DNA from: Candidatus Cloacimonadota bacterium
Lineage (GTDB): Bacteria > Cloacimonadota > Cloacimonadia > G963667145
Reading direction: 5' to 3'
Length of the DNA stretch: 64,000 bases
Assembly (NCBI GenBank): GCA_963667255.1
Contig: OY762940.1
Span: 1,088,001-1,152,000 of the forward strand
Part shown: positions 18,663 through 26,858 of the stretch, piece after piece
Layout of the letters: each line of letters begins with the position of its first letter
Position numbering within the stretch: the first letter of the stretch is position 1
Notes under the pieces: generated by a model
Seen by the model: only the letters and a program-made list of their open reading frames with translations
What the model was told of the DNA's origin: nothing
Database searches by the model: none
Position numbers and translations under genes: made by a program

Positions 18663-19789
18663 TGATTACAAAGGAAAAGATATTAAAAGGTTATAAAACC
18701 GCGGAGGCTCGATGGGCAAGATTTGGTCCATATTATGCCATGTTTCCTTTGGATTTTGCATTTGAGGTTGTTGAGAAATACTCAAAAAAAGGTGATTACA
18801 TACTTGACCCTTTTGCAGGTAGATGTAGCAGTATCTATGCTGGTGGTGTGCTTGGTCGAGTTAGCTTAGGTATTGAAATTAATCCCGTAGGCTGGCTCTT
18901 TGGGAAAGTAAAATTAGAACCTGCAGATAAGGAAGATGTAATTGACCGTTTACTTGAAATTTATGGTAAGCGAAATTATTATAGATGCTCAACTAAAAAA
19001 TTACCAGAATTTTATAGGATATGTTATAGCGATGAAGTCCTAAAATTCCTATTAGCAGCGAGAGCAAATCTTGACTGGATAAATAATGACATTGATGCAA
19101 CTCTTATGTCAATTCTTTTGGTTTACTTACATGGTAAATTAGGAGAATGTTTGTCAAATCAAATGAGAATGACAAAGTCAATGGGAATGAACTATTCTGT
19201 TGAATGGTGGAAAAAAAATGGACTAACAAAACCACCTGAAATTAATCCCTTTGAATTCATTCTTAAAAAGATTGAATGGAGATATGAAAAAGGGACACCA
19301 AATGTTACTGAAAGTGCAGTTGTATTTGGTGATAGTTCTAATCAATTAATCAACATTTCAGAGAGAGCCATTCAAAATGATATTAAATTTTCGCTTCTGT
19401 TTACATCTCCACCATATTATTCAATCACAGATTACCATGCAGACCAGTGGCTGAGATTATGGCTGTTAGGAGGTTCAGAAAATCCGCAATCATTAAAAGA
19501 CAAACATAAAGGAAGATTTGTAAACAAAGTTGATTACTACAATTTACTTGATACTGTATTTGAACTTAGTTCACGAATGATGGACGAAAGGAGTACAATT
19601 TATGTCAGGACAGACAAGCGTGAATTTACTTTTAATTCTACTTTAGAGATTTTAAACAAGCATTTTCCAAATTATAAAACAAAGATTATTGAAAAGCCTT
19701 TAACTAAAGACACCAAGACTCAGACAAAATTATTTGGTGACAAATCAATGAAGCCTGGAGAAGTTGATATAATATTACAAATAGAATAA
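18662..19789 (+). CDS. DNA amino-methyltransferase (SPPY type, probably m4C)
   Basis: GPYYAMFP, motif I ILDPFAG, GIEINP and motif IV FTSPPY. The start overlaps the NurA stop (TGATG). Confidence 0.85.
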   Translation: MITKEKILKGYKTAEARWARFGPYYAMFPLDFAFEVVEKYSKKGDYILDPFAGRCSSIYAGGVLGRVSLGIEINPVGWLFGKVKLEPADKEDVIDRLLEIYGKRNYYRCSTKKLPEFYRICYSDEVLKFLLAARANLDWINNDIDATLMSILLVYLHGKLGECLSNQMRMTKSMGMNYSVEWWKKNGLTKPPEINPFEFILKKIEWRYEKGTPNVTESAVVFGDSSNQLINISERAIQNDIKFSLLFTSPPYYSITDYHADQWLRLWLLGGSENPQSLKDKHKGRFVNKVDYYNLLDTVFELSSRMMDERSTIYVRTDKREFTFNSTLEILNKHFPNYKTKIIEKPLTKDTKTQTKLFGDKSMKPGEVDIILQIE

Positions 19790-19826
19790 TTAGCTGTTTT
19801 TTAAGAAATAGTTGTATAATTCTTTT

Positions 19827-20489
19827 TCACTCCCCAACCACTCTCATCTCATAATTTCCCAAATCAGCGAGCAAGATTTTATTTAATAGTTTCGGCTTTC
19901 TCCAAACCACATTTATAACTTCGTCGGCTATCAAACTGCCAATAAACATCACGGATTGCGGGCAGATAGCACGGGAAATAGCATTGTCATCTTTTCTTTT
20001 GTATAGCTCGTCCAAGCTTAAAAAATCGCTTTCTCCGTGAAAAGTGGCGACTTGCCCGTATTTTTTTTCTACCGCTCCATGCACCAAGAAATTTTGTTTG
20101 CCGACCAATTTTTGAATTTGTTTTTTGGTTGCAAAGCCGTCCACACAATCCACAAAGCAATCAGATGAGTGGATTTCGCTTGTTTTGTTTATATCTTGCA
20201 AATGGCAATAAATTTGGCAGTCGGGATTTATTTGGCTCAATTTGGCAAAAGCAGTTTCCGTTTTGAGTTTGCCGATATCTTGGCTATCATACAAAAGCTG
20301 TCTGCCAATGTCGGAATCATTGATTTTGCCGTTGTCGTATAGATGGAAATTTTGCACTCCAGCACGAATTAAAACTTGCAAAACACTGCAACCAAGTCCG
20401 CCCAAGCCGAAAATGCTAATCTTACAATTTTTCAAAATTTCTTGTTTTTCTTTGCCCCAGAGCATCTCGTTTCTACTGAAAAAATTCAT
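19827..20489 (-). CDS. ThiF/MoeB-family adenylyltransferase
   Basis: FSRN, GLGGLG, D.G.I..SD..RQ and DCVD motifs. Context is the tungsten-cofactor cluster. Confidence 0.8.
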   Translation of the reverse strand: MNFFSRNEMLWGKEKQEILKNCKISIFGLGGLGCSVLQVLIRAGVQNFHLYDNGKINDSDIGRQLLYDSQDIGKLKTETAFAKLSQINPDCQIYCHLQDINKTSEIHSSDCFVDCVDGFATKKQIQKLVGKQNFLVHGAVEKKYGQVATFHGESDFLSLDELYKRKDDNAISRAICPQSVMFIGSLIADEVINVVWRKPKLLNKILLADLGNYEMRVVGE

Positions 20490-20636
20490 AAATCAACTCC
20501 TAATTGCATATTAGACAGTTTGTAATGCTATTTTATTTTAGCAAGAAAAATTTGAGATTAATGGCATCATATTTAATATTACTTGACATCAGCATAAATC
20601 AATCAGATTAGTGCCGTAGAAATAAGGAGATTTTTT

Positions 20637-21842
20637 ATGGAAGGTAAAGTTTTAGTTGCACAGGGAGGAGGTCCTACCGCTGTGATTAATCAGTCGCTGG
20701 TAGGAGTGGTTTTGGAGTCTCGCAAATTCCCTCAAGTTACCAGAGTGTATGGCTCTCTTAATGGTTTGGAAGGCATAGTAAACGAGAATTTTTTGGATTT
20801 GACTCAAGAAACTACTCACAATTTGGAACAAGTTGCCTTGACGCCTTCTTCCGCATTATTGTCCACCAGAATCAAACCTGATGCAGCTTATTGTAAGAAG
20901 ATTTTTGCAGTGCTAAAAAAATATAATATTCGCTATTTCTTCTATATCGGAGGCAACGATTCGTCTGATACCGTGAGAATAGTGAAAGAAGAGGCTGTGA
21001 AAGATGGTTACGATTTCAGGGCAATTCATATTCCCAAGACTATCGACAACGATTTGGTCGGCAATGATCATTCTCCAGGTTACGGCTCTGCTGCCCGCTT
21101 TGTTGCTCAGGCTTTTATGGGAGTCAATTTGGACAACAAGGCTTTGCCAGGAGTTTACATAGGCGTAATAATGGGTCGTCATGCGGGCTGGCTCACCGCT
21201 GCCTCCAGTTTGGCTCAAAAGTATCCCGATGATGGTCCGCACTTGATATATTTGCCGGAGAGAGCCTTTGATAAGCAAAAGTTTATTGGGGATATAAAGG
21301 CTGTTTATGCGAAATTCGGTCGCTGTGTGGTGGCTGTTTCCGAGGGCATCGTTGATAAGGATGGCATAGAGATTATTACCAAGTTGATGACAAATCAGGA
21401 GTGTGATGCACACGGCAATGTGCAGTTGTCGGGAACAGGAGCTTTGGGCGATTTGTTGGCTGAGTATGTTAGGAAAAATACGGATATTTCCCGAGTGAGA
21501 GCGGACACTTTCGGCTATCTGCAAAGGTCTTTTTATGGATGTGTTTCCGATGTTGACCAGAGTGAAGCCAGAGAAATTGCCGAGAGAGCTGTGCAATTTG
21601 CCATTTGGCACAAAGAGGATGGCTCTATGAGTATTCAGAGAACAGGGTTTTATTCTGTGGATTACAAGCTAATTCCTATCGAGGAAGTTGCTGGCAAGAC
21701 AAGAAAAGTCCCAGATTATTATATAAACGAAAAAGGGAATAATGTTACCGAAGAGCTGAAATACTATTTGCGACCTCTTGTCGGTTCAGGGTTTCAACTA
21801 CCTAATCGTTTGAGAGCTCCGAGAGTGGAAAAAATTTTATGA
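20637..21842 (+). CDS. 6-phosphofructokinase, probably PPi-dependent
   Basis: QGGGPTAVIN, GGNDS (Asp at the specificity site), PKTIDND and MGR motifs. Confidence 0.85.
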   Translation: MEGKVLVAQGGGPTAVINQSLVGVVLESRKFPQVTRVYGSLNGLEGIVNENFLDLTQETTHNLEQVALTPSSALLSTRIKPDAAYCKKIFAVLKKYNIRYFFYIGGNDSSDTVRIVKEEAVKDGYDFRAIHIPKTIDNDLVGNDHSPGYGSAARFVAQAFMGVNLDNKALPGVYIGVIMGRHAGWLTAASSLAQKYPDDGPHLIYLPERAFDKQKFIGDIKAVYAKFGRCVVAVSEGIVDKDGIEIITKLMTNQECDAHGNVQLSGTGALGDLLAEYVRKNTDISRVRADTFGYLQRSFYGCVSDVDQSEAREIAERAVQFAIWHKEDGSMSIQRTGFYSVDYKLIPIEEVAGKTRKVPDYYINEKGNNVTEELKYYLRPLVGSGFQLPNRLRAPRVEKIL

Positions 21843-21850
21843 GGCAAACC

Positions 21851-22951
21851 ATGAAAAAAAAATGTTTGGTTGTAACAGGTGGCGGTGACTGCCCGGGTTT
21901 GAATGCGGTTATCAGAGCGATAGTAAAGCGTGCCGATAGTGAGCCAGACTGGGAAATCTGGGGTAGCATGGATGCGTATAATGGTGTTTTGCAACAGCCT
22001 TGGCGGCTTATCAGATTGGACAAGAAAAAGGTTTCCGGTATTCATGTGCAGGGTGGCACTATTTTGGGAACTACCAACAAAGGTGGTCCTTTCGGATTTC
22101 CTGTGAAAAATTCCGACGGAGAGATTGTTTTGGAAGATAGGTCAGATTTGATGATTAGAGAGCTGAAAGAGGCTGGATTTGAGGCAGTTATCAGTATTGG
22201 CGGTGACGGCTCACAAACTATAAGCCAAAAGCTTTTTGAAAAAGGCTTGAATATGGTTGGTGTGCCGAAGACTATCGACAACGATTTGTCTTGCACCGAC
22301 TACACTTTTGGGTTCTCCACCGCTGTAGATGTGGCGACAGATGCGATAGACAAATTGGTAACGACCGCTGCGTCTCATCATCGTGTTTTGATTTTGGAAG
22401 TTATGGGCAGATATGCTGGTTGGATTGCTTTGCACAGTTCGTTGGCAGCCGGAGCGGAAATCTGTTTAATTCCCGAGATACCTTACGATTTGGAGATTGT
22501 GAAGAATAAAATCAAAGAGCGGACAGAGAGGAAAGGGTTCTTGATTTTGGTAGTTGCCGAGGGTGCGAAGCCCAAAGATGGCGACATTTTCAGCAAAAAA
22601 AGCGAAGAGGTTGGGCATGAACAAAATGTTTTGGGTGGAATAGGTTTGCAATTGGAAAAATTGTTTAGCTCTGACCCCACAATAACAGCGGATGTTCGCA
22701 CCTCTGTGCTTGGGCACTTGCAACGCGGAGGCAGACCGAGTGCTTTTGACCGCAATCTTGCCACACAATTTGGCGTGAAAGCGTTTGAGATGGTGCTGAA
22801 TAAAGAGTTTGGCAAAATGGTGGTGGTCAATCACAAGAAAATGGAGTCCGTGAGCCTGAAAGAAGCAATCTCAACTTACAATTTGGTGGATAAAAACTCC
22901 GATATGATTAAGACCGCTAGAGGTGTGGGGATTTGCTTCGGAGACGAATAA
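21851..22951 (+). CDS. pfkA: 6-phosphofructokinase, probably ATP-dependent (group III)
   Basis: [27 protein letters not shown] and LGHLQRGG motifs. Confidence 0.88.
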   Translation: MKKKCLVVTGGGDCPGLNAVIRAIVKRADSEPDWEIWGSMDAYNGVLQQPWRLIRLDKKKVSGIHVQGGTILGTTNKGGPFGFPVKNSDGEIVLEDRSDLMIRELKEAGFEAVISIGGDGSQTISQKLFEKGLNMVGVPKTIDNDLSCTDYTFGFSTAVDVATDAIDKLVTTAASHHRVLILEVMGRYAGWIALHSSLAAGAEICLIPEIPYDLEIVKNKIKERTERKGFLILVVAEGAKPKDGDIFSKKSEEVGHEQNVLGGIGLQLEKLFSSDPTITADVRTSVLGHLQRGGRPSAFDRNLATQFGVKAFEMVLNKEFGKMVVVNHKKMESVSLKEAISTYNLVDKNSDMIKTARGVGICFGDE

Positions 22952-22952
22952 A

Positions 22953-23042
22953 TGGCGGAGATGTAGGGATTCGAACCCTAGATACAGGTAACCGTATACA
23001 CGCTTTCCAAGCGTGCTCCTTCAACCACTCGGACACATCTCC
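22953..23042 (-). tRNA. tRNA-Ser(GGA)
   Basis: Reverse complement GGAGATG...CACGC-TTGGAAA-GCGTG, long variable arm, GGTTCGAATCC and encoded CCA. Confidence 0.93.
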
Positions 23043-23060
23043 ATATAAATTTCAAAAAGA

Positions 23061-23438
23061 TTAGAGTTCAGCTACGACGAATGCGATTGCTGTCTCTTTT
23101 TCGTGAGAGATACTTAGATTAATTTTTTTAATTCCAAGGCTCTCACATTTTTTTTTTGTCTCGAAATGCAAAGCGATGTCAACTTTTCCGTTTTCGCTCT
23201 TCACAACTTCGACTTGATTTGGACTGACTCCATCGCTAAAGCCGGTTCCTAACGCTTTGCTAAAAGCCTCTTTAGCTGCAAATCTCGCTGCGAAGTGTAT
23301 AGCCGGATTTGGCTTGCATTGACAAAAAGAGATTTCTTCTTCCAAAAAAATCTTCTGCAAGAACTTATCACCAAATTTCTCAATCGATTTCTGTATTCTT
23401 GCTACTTCGACGATATCAACACCAATTCCGTAAATCAT
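23061..23438 (-). CDS. acpS: Holo-[acyl-carrier-protein] synthase
   Basis: GIGVDIV, FAAKEA.SKALGTG and LSISHE motifs. The start is ATG 23438; the ORF-track extension runs through the tRNA. Confidence 0.92.
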   Translation of the reverse strand: MIYGIGVDIVEVARIQKSIEKFGDKFLQKIFLEEEISFCQCKPNPAIHFAARFAAKEAFSKALGTGFSDGVSPNQVEVVKSENGKVDIALHFETKKKCESLGIKKINLSISHEKETAIAFVVAEL

Positions 23439-23460
23439 ATCTATATTCCAAACAAAAAAA

Positions 23461-23537
23461 TGGCACGCCCGTAGGGATTCGAACCCCAAACCTTCTGATC
23501 CGTAGTCAGATGCTCTATCCAATTGAGCCACGGGCGC
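23461..23537 (-). tRNA. tRNA-Arg(ACG)
   Basis: Reverse complement GCGCCCGTGGCTCAATTGGATAGAGCATCTGA-CTACGGA-TCAGA...GGTTCGAATCC...GCCA. Confidence 0.95.
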
Positions 23538-23796
23538 AACGACCGATACAAAGTTAAGAGGCACGATTTTCAGTCAATATTTTTCTTTGTGAAATGGCGG
23601 GAAACCTAATATGTATAGATTTGAGTTATAAATAGGGAATTTGCTTGACGGGAATATTGGGAGTTTAAAACAATTTAGAATAAGATTTCCAGGAGGGAAC
23701 AATTGAAGTATAAAATTTTAGAATTTTATCAAAAATTGTTGAAGAATATATGAAACTGTTTACTAAAAATTTAAAAAAGACAGAAGTTAATAAAAA

Positions 23797-24339
23797 ATGA
23801 GAACACTCACAATGCCTAACGAAATCAATCTAACCCAACTTAAATCATCTGACGCTGTTGCCATTTTTAATACAATCGACAGTCAAAGAGAGTATCTGGG
23901 GAAGTGGTTGCCGTTTGTGGAGTTTACCAAGGAGCTGTCCGACACGGAGGGTTTTGTAAACTCTATCGCCAACGCTCCGCAAGACAGATTTGAGTTCGTT
24001 TTCACGATAAGAAAGTCGGACGAATTTATTGGTTTGATTGGCTTTAAAGACACGGACAGAGTGAACAAAAAGACGGAAATTGGTTATTGGCTCTCTGAGA
24101 AGTATCAGAGGCAGGGAATCGTTACCAAAGCGGTGGAGAGGCTTTGTGATTTTGCCTTTGCTGAGTTGGGAATTAACAGAATCCAGATAAAATGTGCAGT
24201 CGGCAATGAGCCAAGTCGAAAGATTCCACAGCGATTGGGTTTCAAATATGAAGGAATGGAGAGACAAGGAGAATTGCTCACCGGTGGAGTTTACGCAGAT
24301 TTGGAGATTTACAGCAAGTTGAAAAGCGACTGGAGATAA
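23797..24339 (+). CDS. GNAT acetyltransferase, RimJ/RimL family
   Basis: WLPFV, EIGYWL...QGI.T and N..S..IP.RLGF..EG motifs. Confidence 0.88.
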   Translation: MRTLTMPNEINLTQLKSSDAVAIFNTIDSQREYLGKWLPFVEFTKELSDTEGFVNSIANAPQDRFEFVFTIRKSDEFIGLIGFKDTDRVNKKTEIGYWLSEKYQRQGIVTKAVERLCDFAFAELGINRIQIKCAVGNEPSRKIPQRLGFKYEGMERQGELLTGGVYADLEIYSKLKSDWR

Positions 24340-24403
24340 AATTTTCTCTAAATTTGTAAAACTGCTTGACTTGTATAGGCTTAGTTAAATTTTGGCGTGG
24401 TAA

Positions 24404-24578
24404 AAGAAATGAAACTTGAGTTTCTACCTTGCGATGCGGGTCGGTCGAGATTATCGGCTATGACTTTAGAGACATTGTCCAAGGTTTTGATTTTAGATTA
24501 TTATCTGTATTAGGATAATAATCGTAGCTACGATAAATTTTGTAGGCAAGTTGTATTCTTTACAATTTGCCTTTTTTA
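24404..24578 (+). promoter_or_regulatory. Structured leader/attenuator of infC-rpmI-rplT (L20-leader-like)
   Basis: About 200-nt leader with hairpin GATTATTATCT/GGATAATAATC and terminator AGGCAAGTTGTA-TTCTT-TACAATTTGCCT-TTTTT (24544-24577) upstream of infC. Confidence 0.55.
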
Positions 24579-24621
24579 TTGGCAAAAATTAAGTAAAAGA
24601 GAATTGAGGAGGTTAATCATC

Positions 24622-25179
24622 ATTCGAATAAGAAAGGGTAAAGCCAAGCTGAAACCCACCGTATCTAAGGAAAGAATCAATAGAGAAATAAAAGCCGAGA
24701 GTATTAGACTTATTGATGAAGTAGGCAATCAAGTAGGAGTAGTATCGTTGATGGATGGGCTCTCCAGAGCTAGAGCTGCTGAGATGGATTTGGTGGAAAT
24801 TTCTCCAAAGGCAGAGCCACCTGTGTGCAAGATTTTGGATTTTGGTAAGTATCATTATCAAAAAGAAAGAAGCATGCGTGAGTCAAGAAAAAATCAACAT
24901 ATTGTGCTGACGAAAGAGATAAAGTTTGGACCTCTTACCGACGAACATGACTATCAGTTTAAGCTGAAAAATGCGATAAAATTTTTGCAAGCTAAGGACA
25001 AGGTTAGGTTTACAGTTCGGTTCAAGGGTCGTCAATTAGCCAATAAGCAACTGGGTTTTGATTTATTGGAAAAGATTAGAATAGATATGACGGAATACGC
25101 CAAAGTTGACCAAGCTCCTTCCAACGAGGGACGCGTGGTTTACATGGTAATGTCGCCGTTGAGTAGTAAGAATTCATAG
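24622..25179 (+). CDS. infC: Translation initiation factor IF-3 (likely ATT start)
   Basis: RINREI, DLVEISP.A.PPVCKILDFGKY and KEIKF motifs. GGAGGT at 24608 lies 8 nt before the in-frame ATT at 24622. Confidence 0.92.
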   Translation: MRIRKGKAKLKPTVSKERINREIKAESIRLIDEVGNQVGVVSLMDGLSRARAAEMDLVEISPKAEPPVCKILDFGKYHYQKERSMRESRKNQHIVLTKEIKFGPLTDEHDYQFKLKNAIKFLQAKDKVRFTVRFKGRQLANKQLGFDLLEKIRIDMTEYAKVDQAPSNEGRVVYMVMSPLSSKNS

Positions 25180-25194
25180 AATAGGGAGTTTATT

Positions 25195-25386
25195 ATGCCT
25201 AAGATTAAAACTCGTAAGGGAGCGTCTAAACGATTTAAGTTAACCGCTACGGGGAAAGTAAAAAGAAATCAAGCTTTTGTAGGACACATCATGACCAAGA
25301 AAAGCCCAAAAAGAGAGAGAAACCTAAGAGGTTCTACTTTGGTGAGTAGTGCCGATGTTCCAAGAGTAAAGAGAATGTTGGGTTAG
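25195..25386 (+). CDS. rpmI: 50S ribosomal protein L35
   Basis: [15 protein letters not shown]. Confidence 0.95.
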   Translation: MPKIKTRKGASKRFKLTATGKVKRNQAFVGHIMTKKSPKRERNLRGSTLVSSADVPRVKRMLG

Positions 25387-25395
25387 GAGGATAAA

Positions 25396-25752
25396 ATGCC
25401 AAGAAGTACAAATAATGTAGCAGCTAAAAAGAGAAGAAAAAAGATTTTAGACTCCGCCAAAGGTTATTTCGGAGCTAAGAGCAAATTGTATCGCACAGCA
25501 AAGTTGGCTGTGGAAAAAAGCGGTGTGTATGCTTATCGTGACCGCAAGGCTCGTAAAAGAGAGTTCAGAAAGTTGTGGATTGTCAGAATCAACGCTGCCG
25601 CCAGAATTAATGGACTTAGTTACAGCAGATTTATAGATGGTCTTGCCAAGAGCAATATTCAATTGGATAGAAAAACTTTGGCGTATTTGGCTATGAACGA
25701 TGCCGATGCTTTTGCTAAAATTTGTGATCAAGTGAAGAGTGTGGCAAATTAA
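25396..25752 (+). CDS. rplT: 50S ribosomal protein L20
   Basis: AKGYFG and [23 protein letters not shown]. Confidence 0.95.
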   Translation: MPRSTNNVAAKKRRKKILDSAKGYFGAKSKLYRTAKLAVEKSGVYAYRDRKARKREFRKLWIVRINAAARINGLSYSRFIDGLAKSNIQLDRKTLAYLAMNDADAFAKICDQVKSVAN

Positions 25753-25771
25753 AAAAAATAAGGACTAAATC

Positions 25772-26779
25772 ATGCAGGCAAGGTTAGAGGAAATTTACAA
25801 CGAACTGAAAGAAAAGCTCAACAAAGCCAAGAGTAGTCACGAAATTCAGAATATCAAATCTGCGTTTGTGGGCAAAAAGAGTGAGATTTCGGCTTTGCTT
25901 GCCAGAATGAAAGAGTTGCCGGACAAAGAGAGACCGGAATTTGGTAAACTTGTGAATATCATCAAATCTAAGGCTCTTGTGAAAATTGCTAACGCTTTGG
26001 AATCTCTGGAGCAGAGTAAGGAAGTTGCTGGGGTAGATTTGACTATGCCAGCTGTCCGAAGGAGTTTGGGCAGATTGCATCCTCTTACCATAGTTTCGCG
26101 TCAGATAGAGGATGTCTTTATCTCTATGGGGTTTGAGATTTCCGCTTATGGAGAGGTGGAAGACGAATATCACAATTTTGATGCTCTCAACACTCCTCCT
26201 GACCATTCTTCGCGAAATGTTACCGACACTTTTTATGTGAAAGGTGGCAAACTCTTGCGTTCGCAAACTTCTACCGAGCAGATACGGGTGATGGAAAACT
26301 TCAAGCCACCGATTAAGATTATCTCGTTGGGAAGGTGTTATCGCAAAGACAGTCCAGACGCTTCTCATTCACCGGTTTTTCATCAGGTGGAGGCTCTCGT
26401 AGTTACGGAGAATACCACTTTTACGGATTTGCGAGACACCTTGCAAATGTTCGCTACCAAGATGTTCGGAGAGGGTGTTAAGTCTCGTTTCAGACCGCAT
26501 TTTTTCCCGTTTACAGAGCCGAGTGGCGAGATAGATATTTCGTGCGTGTCTTGTGGTGGCAAGGGTTGTGCCGTCTGCAAGAATAGCGGTTGGTTGGAAA
26601 TGGGCGGTTGTGGTATGGTTGACCCGAATGTGTTGCAAAATGTTGGCATCGACCCCGAAAAATATAGTGGATTTGCCTTCGGTTTGGGGATAGACAGGAT
26701 TACGATGTTGAAATACAATATTCCCGATATTAGGATGCTTTTTGAAAACGATGTGGAGTTTTTGAAACAGTTTAAATAG
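25772..26779 (+). CDS. pheS: Phenylalanine-tRNA ligase alpha subunit
   Basis: LHPL, NFDALN, HSPVFHQVE, FPFTEPS and GFAFGLG motifs. Confidence 0.95.
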   Translation: MQARLEEIYNELKEKLNKAKSSHEIQNIKSAFVGKKSEISALLARMKELPDKERPEFGKLVNIIKSKALVKIANALESLEQSKEVAGVDLTMPAVRRSLGRLHPLTIVSRQIEDVFISMGFEISAYGEVEDEYHNFDALNTPPDHSSRNVTDTFYVKGGKLLRSQTSTEQIRVMENFKPPIKIISLGRCYRKDSPDASHSPVFHQVEALVVTENTTFTDLRDTLQMFATKMFGEGVKSRFRPHFFPFTEPSGEIDISCVSCGGKGCAVCKNSGWLEMGGCGMVDPNVLQNVGIDPEKYSGFAFGLGIDRITMLKYNIPDIRMLFENDVEFLKQFK

Positions 26780-26858
26780 AAGAAGTTAGATAGCAAAATT
26801 TATTTGCCTTACTGCTTCCATCCGCTTTTGATAGAGTTGTAGTTTTTTAGGAGACAAA

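Noticed and set aside
14202..19826. Composite transposon or integrative element carrying the HerA island
   Set aside because: Only one IS copy is present and its TSD flanks the IS alone. No integrase or att-like repeats were seen at the island ends.
23439..23564. N-terminal extension of acpS in the ORF track
   Set aside because: It is a translation through tRNA-Arg.
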